Below are positions 41,956 through 51,876 of a stretch of 64,000 nt of DNA, piece by piece. Under the pieces are notes generated by a model that searched no databases, was not told the origin of the DNA, and saw nothing but the letters and a program-made list of their open reading frames with translations. Position 1 is the first letter of the stretch. Each line of letters starts with the position of its first letter. The DNA comes from an uncultured Thermoleophilia bacterium. GTDB taxonomy: Bacteria > Actinomycetota > Thermoleophilia > UBA2241. Location of the stretch: assembly GCA_963829205.1 (NCBI GenBank), contig CAWHHT010000006.1, forward strand, positions 410,471-474,470, in the 5' to 3' direction. The translations under genes were made by a program, and so were the position numbers.

Positions 41956-41992
41956 ATGCAATCAACTAACGGGACAAATAACTTGATTGCAT
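41956..41992. promoter_or_regulatory. Perfect 10-bp inverted repeat (ATGCAATCAA-N17-TTGATTGCAT) upstream of cysH
   Basis: AT-rich palindrome 43-79 nt upstream of the cysH start, in an otherwise GC-rich intergenic region. Candidate operator or promoter element. Confidence 0.45.
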
Positions 41993-42322
41993 ACTACGGC
42001 AAACCGCGCCTCTGCACAAGCCCGTCCGGGACTGCGTCGATGGACGTGCGATCGCGGCCGCCGGCACACCCCCGTGACGACCGAGCGGAGGGACGATGGC
42101 CGACGAGACTGCCCGCCTGGAGCTGCCGTTCAAGCCGGGCACAACCGCCGCGCTGCCCGCGCCTCCGGGCGTCCTGCCCGCGCTGTCACTGACGATGTAA
42201 CAAGTTCAACACGGTGAAGAGCGGCACCTTGATCGAAGGCGTATGGGAGAGGCGGCGACCGCTGCGGAACACATGGTGGTTCGCGGTGGAGTACTGCTAG
42301 TCCTGACCAAGGTCTTGCGGAA

Positions 42323-43275
42323 CTAGATGAGGGCCTCGAAATACTGCGGGTAGTAGCGCCTGTATCTCTCGAAATTGTCAAGCAGATCGTCGGCGAGCTC
42401 GAACGGCGCCTCAGTCTCAGGCGGTTGCGCGGTCACGTACTGTTCGAGTCGATGCTTCTCGGGGGCGGTCAAGAATGGTACGGAGATCTCGCGTGGCTCG
42501 CTGGTGCCATTGAAGTGTGCCCACTGCATGAAGGGTCGTTGAGACAGCTCCGCCACCCTCTTTGGTTCATCCAGCAGGCCGCCAACAGAGAGCATCTGCT
42601 TTCCATCGCGATATCGATAGCTGAACAGCTGGAGGTAGGCGACGTCACCACGCTCTCTGGCCGTGTCCGAGATCACGCTGTTGAGCGCGGCCTCGTAGGC
42701 CCGCGGGAGTCCATCCGGTCATAAAGAGGCGTGAACTGTCTGGTACGGGGCGGAATGGGGTCATTGATCTCCTCCGCCCGAGCGGCGCGAATCTCGTCGC
42801 CCGTCATGTCCTCCTCGGGCGGTTCAACGCGCAGCCGAGCATCGGCCTCCACGGTGACGAGCAGGACGCTGCCCGGAGCCAGGACCGATGCCAACTGTCG
42901 AACGTCAGCCATCTGATCCTCTCCCAGTGGTTGATCGTAGTCGGGCCAAGCCAGATAGCGGGCCTCGCGATCAAGCGAAGGGAGGACTTTTGAGAGCATG
43001 TCTAGGCGAAGTTCGATGAAACCGAACGGTTTGTTGAAGATCATTCGTTTCGGAATGCTGCCTCCCTCGACGCAGATCATCTTGTCGATGAAGAGATAGC
43101 GGTGGAAGACTTGGAAATCAGCGTAGAAGGGCGCTCCGAATCCGAGGTACGTATAGTCGCTGATCGGAAGCCCTTCGTGGCTCAGCTTCTGCATCGCTTC
43201 CACCAGCAGCTTGCGTTCGACTTGCTTCGACGGGCGGAGGGCGTAGTTCAGCTTGAGGTAACTCTCGACTACCAC
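42323..43275 (-). pseudogene. Hypothetical partner protein of the GHKL ATPase (about 317 aa if one frame change near 42715 is corrected)
   Basis: Low-GC. GTG 43275 overlaps the upstream TAG by 1 nt. ORFs 42673-43353 and 42323-42676 join as ...FTPLYDR/PDGLPRAYEAALNSVISDTARERGDVAYLQLF... No family recognised. Confidence 0.5.
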
Positions 43276-44594
43276 TAGCGGCACTCCTTCTTCATGAAGT
43301 AGTCGAATGCGTATGAGCCGATCTGTCTGCCGGATCTGAACTTCGGAAAGCACTTCTTGATTCGATCGACGTCAGCCTTCTTCTTCTTGAACAGTATGTT
43401 GACCTCGGGTTCGACGTCCTTGGCCTTGAGAGTCACCAGCTGGAACTCCGAGTCGGCTGGCTTCAGATCAGCGATATTCACCCCTCGGACTTCATCCAAG
43501 GCCATTCTCTGGGCAATGCGTGTCCTCTTGGCAATCACCGTACAGGCCATTGAGGAAGTCAATGACAGGGCGTGCTCGCAGCTCCATCTCGCGTAGCGCC
43601 GCCTGATAGACACCCGATTCGAAGACGACGCCCTGCTTAGTGGTCGTCCACGGTAGGGCGTCGACATCGTCGCTTCGGAAGCAGATGTAGCCCACGAAAT
43701 GGCCGTACTTCGTGTGCCACTGCGGTATCACGCCTCCTCCCCAGCCAGTTGCGGCAGTTCGGTCGCTCTCAAGGATCATGCGCCCATTGCAGAATACGTA
43801 GGTTCCCCGAGGTGTCCTGTCATTGCGCGGCGCGACACCGGCGACCACCAGTACATCAACCCCGTCCACATCGAAGGAACGCTGTCCTGGGCGGATCTCC
43901 TCACCGCCTTGACCGACTTTGGGCAGAACTGACTTGACCGAGTGTCGATTGATCTGGATCGACAGTCCCTCATCGAGGAAGAGGGCATATGTACCGGCGA
44001 TGCGCCGTTCCAGTTCGGAAGCGAATCTATTCGAGGAGAACACTTGGGAGACGTCCGGGTGCAGATCCGTGATGGGGGTCTCCGTGCTTGCGTTCTGGAT
44101 CTCGCGGGGGGGTCTTGTCTTCGGCGCGGAAAGTTCCATTCCGGTTCTTCATCTGGGAGCCACTCCGGCACATCAATGGTCAGCTTGAAGCGAGCATCAT
44201 CAGTTTGCGATTCGAATACGATCGTGTTGCCTAGCTTGAAGAAGGCTCGCTTCATGCCGATACCGTAGACGCTCAATCCCCCCTTGGTATTCGTGTCAGA
44301 AGGGCTGCCGAGGAGGAAGGCGTGTTGTCGTGCCTCCTCAACGGCCATTCCGCCACAGTTGTCCTCGAGACGGAAGCCGCCATCAAACTCGACTGACACC
44401 CGGTAGTCGCGCAAGGCTTCGCTTGGGGCCTCGCCTGCGAGCTGGCGCATGACATTGGTTCCAGTGCGCGCGACGGCCTTGTCGATGGAGTTGTCGATCA
44501 GATCGAGGATGCTGTCGCTGATCCGAATGTCTCGCGTCAGCATGTCCACGAAAAAACGCTTGCTCGGATAGGCATGAATGGCTTCTTCGGTCAC
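43275..44594 (-). pseudogene. GHKL (HATPase_c_3, MORC/MutL-like) ATPase, about 440 aa, two frame changes (about 44113-44140 and about 43545)
   Basis: Bergerat motifs ILDLIDNSIDKAV (N box), EDNCGGM (G1) and SVYGIGMKRAF (G2). Continuation in other frames: TYALFLDEGLSIQINRH, YVFCNGRMI, ALPWTTTKQGV. Confidence 0.65.
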
Positions 44595-44769
44595 GCGCCC
44601 CCCTTGCTTCCGTCGACCCAGCGACGTGTCTGGTGGCCGGCCACTCGTGGTGCTTGACGTTTAGTATATTCTGTCCAGTCTGTGCCCACTACGGTATTCG
44701 GCGACAACCACACGGTGGTTCTGGAACCACGACATCGAATCTGTCAAGATGACCACATGAGCAACCAGG

Positions 44770-45130
44770 ATGCGCCAGGAACGGGAGGGGACCCGGATCG
44801 CTGATAGGTGGAGCGGCCGGGACCGCGTCGTCGTCTTCCAGGGCGACAACCGCCAACTGCTTCGTGACATCCCGAGAGAGACCATCCAGCTCATCGTCAC
44901 ATCGCCTCCGTACAATGTCGGCAAGGAGTACGAGACCAAATCGAGCCTTGAGCAGTACCTCGACGCCCAGACTAGAGTCATCAAGTCGTGCTGCCGTGTC
45001 CTGCAACCTGACGGCAGCTTGTGCTGGCAGGTCGGCAATCACATCGCACCAGACGGAGGAGTCGTTCCATTGGATGCCCTGCTGTACCCGATCTTCAGGC
45101 GGCATGGGCTTGTTCTGCAGGCACTACGGA
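44770..45130 (+). pseudogene. N4-C/N6-A DNA methyltransferase fragment (N-terminal half only)
   Basis: IQLIVTSPPYNVGKEY (motif IV SPPY), RVLQPDGSLCWQVG. No motif I (FxGxG) follows. The ORF runs into tRNA-Ser without further MTase-like sequence. Confidence 0.6.
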
Positions 45131-45278
45131 CATGGACCTTCACTGGATTCGATCATGAGGGCCTGGGTCATCTGGGCGATCTATGCCCTCGTGACACGGC
45201 CGTGGAAATACAGCGATCCGGAGTCATTGAGGCACTCGGCTGGGCGCTGGCGAGTGCCCCCACCAAAAGAGCTGCAAA

Positions 45279-45371
45279 TGGCGGAGAGGGGGGGGATTCG
45301 AACCCCCGAACCCGGTTAGCCGGATTAACGGTTTTCGAGACCGCCGCATTCAACCGCTCTGCCACCTCTCC
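45279..45371 (-). tRNA. tRNA-Ser (anticodon CGA)
   Basis: Reverse complement is GGAGAGGTGGCAGAGCGGTTGAATGC...CTCGAAA...long variable arm...GGGTTCGAATCCCCCCCTCTCCGCCA. Confidence 0.9.
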
Positions 45372-45460
45372 GCGAGGGGCGCCTCAGGGTGACGACTCTT
45401 GCCGCCGGGACTCGCGCCCGGCTCCTCCGCCGGGCCACCGCCGATCCCGGTAGGGGGAAG

Positions 45461-45554
45461 TGGCGGAGAGGGAGGGATTCGAACCCTCGAGGCAGGTCAT
45501 CCCCGCCCACGCGATTTCCAGTCGCGCTCCTTAAGCCAGCTCGGACACCTCTCC
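45461..45554 (-). tRNA. tRNA-Ser (anticodon GGA)
   Basis: Reverse complement is GGAGAGGTGTCCGAGCTGGCTTAAGGAGCGCGACTGGAAATCGCG...GGGTTCGAATCCCTCCCTCTCCGCCA. Confidence 0.9.
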
Positions 45555-45679
45555 GCGGTGCCCGGCGGTGCGCTCCCTGAGAGCGGACGAACAGTATACG
45601 ACAGGGGGGCGCAGGGGTCGAAACGGGGCGGCCGGGCGGCGCGCGAAGCGACACGCCCGGCCTCGTCCGCAGTCCGGTC

Positions 45680-47272
45680 TCAACCCGTCCCGGGTGCCCC
45701 GCTCTTGTGGAGGACCCCCTTGGGCACGAGGAGCAGCGCGACGACCACCGCCACGATGGCGAAGGCCGCGGCGATCTTGAGCGAGGAGCCGATGCCCTGC
45801 GAGAGCGCGCTGTGCACAGCGTCCCGGACGTCTGCCTGCACCTGGGTCGAAAGTGACTCGTAGATCTGCTTCGCCTTGTCGGAGCTGCTGAACGCGTCGT
45901 TGACCTGCTGCTGTTGCGCGCTGGTGAGGTTCGCGGCCGCCGCCTGAGCCTTGAGGGACGAAAGCTCCACGGCCCGGTAGATGCCGCCGAACACGGCGAC
46001 ACCGAAGGCGCCTCCGACCATGCTGCACATCTTGAAGGCGCCCGACGCGGCTCCGGTCTCGGCGGGTGGCGCGAGGCCCACCGCGACGTCGCTGAGCGGC
46101 GTGGAGTAGAGGCCGATGCCGATGCCCTGGACGAAGAGGCCGGCCGCGAACCACCAGTAGGGGGTCGTGGGGCTCAGGAACCCCACGAGGAACGTGCCGA
46201 CGCCCATGATCAGGAACCCGCTGGCGAGCGGTATCCGTGGCCCCCGGCTGAGCTCCAGCCGGGCGCCGATGACGATGAAGGCGAGGATGCTGACCGTGGA
46301 TGGAAGCAGGAGCAGGCCGGCCGTGAACGCGTCGTAACCGCGCACCTCCTCCAGGTAGAGCGCCAGCACGTACATCGTCCCCGCGAGCGTGATGTTGTAG
46401 ATGAGGTTGTCGATCAAGGCGCCGTCGTAGGACCGCCGTTTGAACAGACTGAGGTCGATGAGCGGCTCGCTGACGCGGCGCTCGATGAACACGAAGGAAG
46501 CGAGGAACACCACCGCGATCACGATGGAGCCCAGGACGAGACCCGAGTTCCAGCCGAGCGCCGGTCCCTCGTTGAGCGCGTACAGCAGGGCGACCAGGCC
46601 GGCGGCGACGGCCGCGAGGCCGACGTAGTCGATGTGCCGGCCGGCGTTCTCGTCGCGCGACTCGGGCGTGCTCCGCCGGACGAGCACGAGGGCGAGCGCG
46701 CAGAGCGGCAGATTGACCCAGAAGATCGCCGGCCAGCCGAAGAGAGTGACGAGGCCGCCGGAGATGGCGGGAGCGGCGGCCTGACCGACGGCCGTGGTGG
46801 CCATCCAGGCGCTGAACGCGGTGACCTGCTCGCGAGCCGTGAACTCGAGGGGGATGATGGCGAGCGTCGCCGGCAGGATCGCAGCGGCGCCGACGCCCAT
46901 GAGCGCGCGGCCGACGATGAGGAGCGTGGCGCTGGGGGCCAGTGCGGCCAGCACCGAGGCGGCGGCGAACACGACGAGGCCGATGTCGAGGATGTGCCGC
47001 CGGCCGAAGATGTCACCGAGCCGGCCGGCGGCGATGACCAGCGCTCCGCACGTCAGCGTGAAGGCGGTGTTGACCCACTGGAGGGTCGTCACCGACCCGC
47101 CGATGTCCGCCGAGATCGCCGACGTCGCGACCGGGATGTTGGCGGCCGCGAACCAGACGATGGCGGCGGCAAGGCACAGGGCGACGAGCGACAACCAGCG
47201 CTTCGCGTTGAGGGCGGCGGGCGGGGCGGCTTCGGCCACCAGACCGCCTGCCGCCTTGCCGCCGTCGCTCAT
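45680..47272 (-). CDS. MFS transporter (DHA2-like, 14-TM type)
   Basis: 530-aa hydrophobic ORF, GRLGDIFGRR loop, intact. Confidence 0.8.
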   Translation of the reverse strand: MSDGGKAAGGLVAEAAPPAALNAKRWLSLVALCLAAAIVWFAAANIPVATSAISADIGGSVTTLQWVNTAFTLTCGALVIAAGRLGDIFGRRHILDIGLVVFAAASVLAALAPSATLLIVGRALMGVGAAAILPATLAIIPLEFTAREQVTAFSAWMATTAVGQAAAPAISGGLVTLFGWPAIFWVNLPLCALALVLVRRSTPESRDENAGRHIDYVGLAAVAAGLVALLYALNEGPALGWNSGLVLGSIVIAVVFLASFVFIERRVSEPLIDLSLFKRRSYDGALIDNLIYNITLAGTMYVLALYLEEVRGYDAFTAGLLLLPSTVSILAFIVIGARLELSRGPRIPLASGFLIMGVGTFLVGFLSPTTPYWWFAAGLFVQGIGIGLYSTPLSDVAVGLAPPAETGAASGAFKMCSMVGGAFGVAVFGGIYRAVELSSLKAQAAAANLTSAQQQQVNDAFSSSDKAKQIYESLSTQVQADVRDAVHSALSQGIGSSLKIAAAFAIVAVVVALLLVPKGVLHKSGAPGTG

Positions 47273-48612
47273 TTCTTGTCGGCCAGCTCGGCGATGAACA
47301 GCGCCTCAGTGAGGATGCACCGCTCGAGCTCGCCGAGGTCGACGCTCTCGTCGGGGGCGTGGATCTTGCACCGCGGCTCCTCCGTTCCCCAGAGGATCAT
47401 CTCGGCGCCCGGCTGCGCCTCGAGGAAGGCGGCGACGAGCGGGATGGAGCCGCCCTCGCCGTAGTGGACGACGTCCTTGCCGTAGGCGGTCGCGAGCGCC
47501 CTTGTCGCGGCTGCATACGCCGGGCCGTCGGTCGCGGCGAGGAAGCCCTCGCCGACGCCGCCCGGCGTGACCTTGACTCGGGCGTGCCAGGGCGCCGCGT
47601 CTTCGAGGTGCCGCGTGACGACGCCCTGGGCCTCTTCCGGGTCCTGCCCGGGGGCCAGGCGCACGCTGACGCGCGCCCGCGCCTTGGGGATCAGCGCGTT
47701 CGCGGCTCCTTCGACGACCGGCGCGTCGATGCCGATCACGTTGATCGACGGCTTGCCGTAGAGCCTGGAGGCGACGCTGCCGCTGCCGATGAGGTCGACG
47801 CCCGGCAGCACGCCGGCGTCCTTGCGGTAGGCCGCCTCGTCGTACTCGGCGCCGTCGTACGCGATCGTCTTGAGGCCCTTCACGGCGACGTTGCCGGCGT
47901 CGTCGTGGAGCGTCGCGATCATGTGCGTGAGCGCGATGAGCGCATCCGGACCCGGGCCGCCGAACATGCCGCTGTGCACGGCGCCCTCGAGCGTCTCGAC
48001 CTCCACGTCCACGGCAGCCATGCCGCGCAGGGACGTGGTGAGCGTGGGCACGCCGAGGGAGTAGTTGCCGACGTCCGCGATGACGATGACGTCGGCCTTC
48101 AGCAGGTCGGCGTTGGCCTTGACGAACTCCTCGATGCCGCCGGCGCCGTTCTCCTCCTGGCCCTCGATCAGGACCTTGACGCCCACCGGGCTGCCCGGTC
48201 CCAGGGCGAGCAAGGCGCCGGCGTGCATGATCACGCCGGACTTGTCGTCGGCGGCGCCGCGGCCGTAGAGGCGGCCGTCGCGCTCGGCCGGCTCGAACGG
48301 CGGGCTCGTCCAGGCCGAATCCTCGCCCGCCGGCTGCACGTCGTAGTGCGCGTACAGGAGGACGGTCGGCGCGCCGGGCGCGGCCGGCCGCGCGCCGAAC
48401 ACGGCCTGTGGTGCGCGTGCGATGTCCACCATGCGCACGTCGGGGAGGCCGGCCGCCGTCATCAGCTCCGCCACGGCGGCCCCCGTCTGCCGCAGCGGCT
48501 CTTCGGGGAACCCTTCGAACGCCACGGAGGGCAGGCGTACGAGCTTCTCGAGCTCCGCGCGCAGTCGCGGCATCAGGCTCGCCGTCTTCGCCTTGAGGTC
48601 GCCGCCGGTCAT
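47269..48612 (-). CDS. M20 family dipeptidase/deacylase
   Basis: LLYAHYDVQP, GRGAADDKSG, EGQEENG. 4-nt overlap with the downstream MFS gene. Confidence 0.8.
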   Translation of the reverse strand: MTGGDLKAKTASLMPRLRAELEKLVRLPSVAFEGFPEEPLRQTGAAVAELMTAAGLPDVRMVDIARAPQAVFGARPAAPGAPTVLLYAHYDVQPAGEDSAWTSPPFEPAERDGRLYGRGAADDKSGVIMHAGALLALGPGSPVGVKVLIEGQEENGAGGIEEFVKANADLLKADVIVIADVGNYSLGVPTLTTSLRGMAAVDVEVETLEGAVHSGMFGGPGPDALIALTHMIATLHDDAGNVAVKGLKTIAYDGAEYDEAAYRKDAGVLPGVDLIGSGSVASRLYGKPSINVIGIDAPVVEGAANALIPKARARVSVRLAPGQDPEEAQGVVTRHLEDAAPWHARVKVTPGGVGEGFLAATDGPAYAAATRALATAYGKDVVHYGEGGSIPLVAAFLEAQPGAEMILWGTEEPRCKIHAPDESVDLGELERCILTEALFIAELADKK

Positions 48613-48642
48613 CGTCCGCTCCTGAAGGTCATCTCGTGCTCC

Positions 48643-49062
48643 TTACTGGGTGTTGCCGAGCTTCAGGCCGCGCACGAAGTCCTGAAAGCCGGCGAGTTTC
48701 TGCGGCGCGTACACCGAGAGGAAGATCTCGGCGACGTGTACGAAGTCGGGGTCGAGGATGATCGGGCGGCTCGCCGGGCCTGCGGTGCCGAGCTGCGCCG
48801 CGTACTGCGCTTCGAGCAGCGCGGTGTCGGGGTTCTTGGCGGCCGCGCCACCGTCGGCGCCGAAGAGCGAGACGACCTCCGCCTGGCTCGGCGCCTTGTA
48901 GCCGGCGGCCTCCATCTTGCTGATGAACTCCTGCGCCTTGGCGCGCGCCTCGCGCGTGTTCTTGCCGTGGTCGTACAGCGCCACGCCGGCCACCATGAGC
49001 GCCAGGATCGCCACGATGACGACGACGTAGATCCAGGTGTGGGACTTCTCCTCCACCGTCAT
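48643..49062 (-). CDS. Small single-TM hypothetical protein
   Basis: Only the last 139 codons of the 668-aa ORF are protein-like (HTWIYVVVIVAILALMVAGVALY...). ATG 49062, 8 nt after the permease stop. Confidence 0.5.
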   Translation of the reverse strand: MTVEEKSHTWIYVVVIVAILALMVAGVALYDHGKNTREARAKAQEFISKMEAAGYKAPSQAEVVSLFGADGGAAAKNPDTALLEAQYAAQLGTAGPASRPIILDPDFVHVAEIFLSVYAPQKLAGFQDFVRGLKLGNTQ

Positions 49063-49070
49063 CACCCCCC

Positions 49071-50546
49071 TCAGTCCTGTTCCGCGTCTGGCGCCGGCAC
49101 GGCGTTCTTCCAGCTCGGCTTGCGGAGCTTGAGGAAGAGGAACGGCACGACGAGGCCGATGAGCAGCAGGCCGCCGCCGATGATGAGGACGTACGTGATC
49201 GTGTTGCCGCTGCCGAACTGCGACGAGGGCACGAAGCCGATGAGGAACGCCAGCACGGAGCTGACGAAGCCGACCGTGGCGAGGACGAAGACCATCGGCG
49301 CGCGGTAGCCGCGCGGGTGGTCTGGCTGAGTGCGCCGCAGCCGCATGACCGAGATGAACATCAGGAAGTACATGATCAGGTACACCTGCGTGGTGATCAC
49401 CGAGAAGATCCAGTACACGCTGGAGACGTTGGGGATGAGCGCGAACATGAGCGCGATGACGCTGACGATGGCGCCCTGCACGAACAGGATGTTGACCTGG
49501 ATGCCGGCGGCGTTGACCTTCTGGAAGAACGGCGGCAGATAGCCTTCCTTGCGGCCGATCAGCAGCAGGCCCTTGGACGGCCCGGCGAGCCAGGCCATCA
49601 TGCCGCCCAGCGAGGCGGTGATGAGCATGATGCCGAGGATCGGCGTGAGCCACTCGACGTTGAAGTGCGTGAAGAAGGCGGTGAACGCCTGCATCACACC
49701 ACCGGTCAGGGTGAGCTCGGCCGACGGCACGACCCAGCTGATCGCCAGGGCCGGCAGCACGAAGATGGCGACTACCACAGGCATGGCGATGAACATCGCC
49801 TTGGGGAACTCCTTGCCCGGGTCCTTCATGCTCTTCACATGGACCGCGTTCACCTCCATGCCGGCGTACGACAGGAAGTTGTTGACGATCAGCACGAGGC
49901 TGGCGAGACCGGCGAACTGGGGCAGCAGATGGCTGGCGTTCATGGGCGCCGCCGAGGGGTTGCCCTGGAAGAGGTAGATGATCCCAAGAAGCACCAGGGC
50001 CGCCCCCGGGATGGCCGTGCCGAGGAGCATGGAGCTGCTCGAGAGCTTGGCCACCAGGCCCACGCCGCGCATGCTCACCATCGTGGAGACCCAGTAGACG
50101 ATGATGATCACCGCGGCCGTGTAGTAGCCGTTGCTCGCGAGGCTCGGCATGAACACGTACGCGAGCGTGCTGGCCACATAGGCGAGCAGGCTCGGGTAGT
50201 AGGTGAGCGTCATCGCGAACTGGGTCCAGATGGCGATGAAGCCGGCCCTGGGGCCGATGCCCTGCGTGACCCAGTTGTAGACGCCGCCGTCCCAGCCGGA
50301 GGCCAGCTCGGCGGCGACCAGCGACGTTGGCAGCAGGAACACGACCGCCGGCAGCGCGTAGAGGAAGATACACGCGAGCCCATAGACCGCCATGCTCGGC
50401 GTGTTGCGGATGCTCGCGACCGCCGAGACCGTCATGAAGCACATGGTGAGCCACGTGATCGTCTTCACGGACGGTGCGGCCTTCGCTTTGGCTGGTGTCG
50501 CGGCGGAGCCAGCCGCCGCCTCCGTGCTGGCCATCGATCCCCCCAA
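49071..50546 (-). CDS. APC-superfamily amino acid permease (GadC/glutamate-GABA antiporter-like)
   Basis: 12-TM type ORF of 491 aa. AELASGWDGGVYNWV and FLSYAGMEV motifs. Confidence 0.75.
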   Translation of the reverse strand: MGGSMASTEAAAGSAATPAKAKAAPSVKTITWLTMCFMTVSAVASIRNTPSMAVYGLACIFLYALPAVVFLLPTSLVAAELASGWDGGVYNWVTQGIGPRAGFIAIWTQFAMTLTYYPSLLAYVASTLAYVFMPSLASNGYYTAAVIIIVYWVSTMVSMRGVGLVAKLSSSSMLLGTAIPGAALVLLGIIYLFQGNPSAAPMNASHLLPQFAGLASLVLIVNNFLSYAGMEVNAVHVKSMKDPGKEFPKAMFIAMPVVVAIFVLPALAISWVVPSAELTLTGGVMQAFTAFFTHFNVEWLTPILGIMLITASLGGMMAWLAGPSKGLLLIGRKEGYLPPFFQKVNAAGIQVNILFVQGAIVSVIALMFALIPNVSSVYWIFSVITTQVYLIMYFLMFISVMRLRRTQPDHPRGYRAPMVFVLATVGFVSSVLAFLIGFVPSSQFGSGNTITYVLIIGGGLLLIGLVVPFLFLKLRKPSWKNAVPAPDAEQD

Positions 50547-50671
50547 GGTCGTCTTCGTAGACCCTCATCGGCGCCGAAAGCTCGCCACGCAAAGGGTGCC
50601 CATGGCAATAGTACGCGACCGGCGCCCGCATGTCTGCTCTCGACAGCACCCCTCGAGCGGTAGCGGTGTGG

Positions 50672-51136
50672 CTAGCGACGCGCCTGGAAGAAGTCGCGCA
50701 GGAGCTCGACAGACTCCTCCGCCAGCACCCCGCTCGTGATCTCGAGGCAGTGGTTGAGGCGGTCGTCCTGGCAGACGTTGTAGAGCGTGCCGGCGGCGCC
50801 GGCCTTCTCGTCCGGGGCGCCGTAGACCAGGTGGGGGATGCGCGCCTGGACGATGGCGCCGGCGCACATCGGGCAGGGTTCCATGGTGACGTACATCACC
50901 GTGTTGAGAAGCCGCCAGCTGCCCATGTGCCGGGCGGCGTCCTCGATGACGACCATCTCCGCGTGCGCCAGCGGGCTGGCGCGCAGTTCGCGCTCGTTGT
51001 GGCCGGCGGCGATCACCTCACCGTCGAGCACGATCACGGCTCCGACAGGGACGTCGCCATGACCGGAGGCGCGCTCCGCCTCGCGCAGCGCGAGGCGCAT
51101 GTAGTACTCGTGTCGCGGGAAGTGAAGATCGCCCAT
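50672..51136 (-). CDS. tadA: tRNA adenosine(34) deaminase
   Basis: HAEMVVI and TMEPCPMCAGA zinc motifs. ATG 51136 chosen over the longer ORF. Confidence 0.85.
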   Translation of the reverse strand: MGDLHFPRHEYYMRLALREAERASGHGDVPVGAVIVLDGEVIAAGHNERELRASPLAHAEMVVIEDAARHMGSWRLLNTVMYVTMEPCPMCAGAIVQARIPHLVYGAPDEKAGAAGTLYNVCQDDRLNHCLEITSGVLAEESVELLRDFFQARR

Positions 51137-51285
51137 GGCTGCATCATGCCCGAAATGCGCACAAACCGGAACGCGGCGTCCGATAGAGGATGTACTTGCG
51201 TGCGCAAATGTGTGAGATATCCCGGCGGCGGGAAGGACCATGCCGAACTAGTTACAAGTGAAAGTACATCGGTGAGGAGGACGCC

Positions 51286-51864
51286 ATGGCGGCGACAGAG
51301 GTAGCGACGAGAGTGTGGCAAGGAACGCAGTTCCCGGCGGCGGGGACCTGGGCACTCGACGTGACGCACACGGCGGTCGAGTTCGAGGCCAAGCATCTGA
51401 TGATCGCCAAGGTCAAGGGGCGCTTCGCGGAGTTCGAGGGCGCTCTCACGATCGCCGACGACCCCACGCAGTCCTCGGTGTCGGTGACCATCAAGGCGGC
51501 GTCGATCGACACGCGCACGGAGCAGCGGGATGACCACTTGAGGTCTCCCGACTTCCTCGAGGTCGACAAGTACCCCGAGCTCACGTTCGTGAGCACCGGC
51601 GTCGAGCACGAGGACGGCGACGACTGGCTGATCCACGGCGACCTCACGATCCACGGCGTCACCAGACCGGTGACGCTCAAGACGGAGTACGAGGGGCAGA
51701 CCATCGACCCATGGGGAGGCCAGCGCGTGGCCTTCTCCGCCGAGACCAAGATCGACCGCGAGGACTGGGGCCTCACGTGGAACCAGGCGCTCGAGGCCGG
51801 TGGCTGGCTCGTGGGCAAGGACCTCAAGCTGAAGATCGAGGTCGAGGCCGTCCTGCAGGGCTAG
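51286..51864 (+). CDS. YceI family periplasmic protein
   Basis: HTAVEFEAKHLMIAKVKGRF...LTIHGVTRPV...IDREDWGL. Confidence 0.8.
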   Translation: MAATEVATRVWQGTQFPAAGTWALDVTHTAVEFEAKHLMIAKVKGRFAEFEGALTIADDPTQSSVSVTIKAASIDTRTEQRDDHLRSPDFLEVDKYPELTFVSTGVEHEDGDDWLIHGDLTIHGVTRPVTLKTEYEGQTIDPWGGQRVAFSAETKIDREDWGLTWNQALEAGGWLVGKDLKLKIEVEAVLQG

Positions 51865-51876
51865 AGTCGGCGCGCC

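Noticed and set aside
44661-45105. Minus-strand ORFs 44661-45038 and 44689-45105
   Set aside because: They overlap the SPPY methyltransferase fragment on the opposite strand and show no motifs. They are shadow ORFs.
41960-45560. att direct repeats, an integrase, or a second islet between the two tRNA-Ser genes
   Set aside because: I found only a 7-nt GGAGAGG match to the tRNA 3' end at the far junction. No recombinase-like ORF is present. The 45372-45460 spacer is short and GC-rich.
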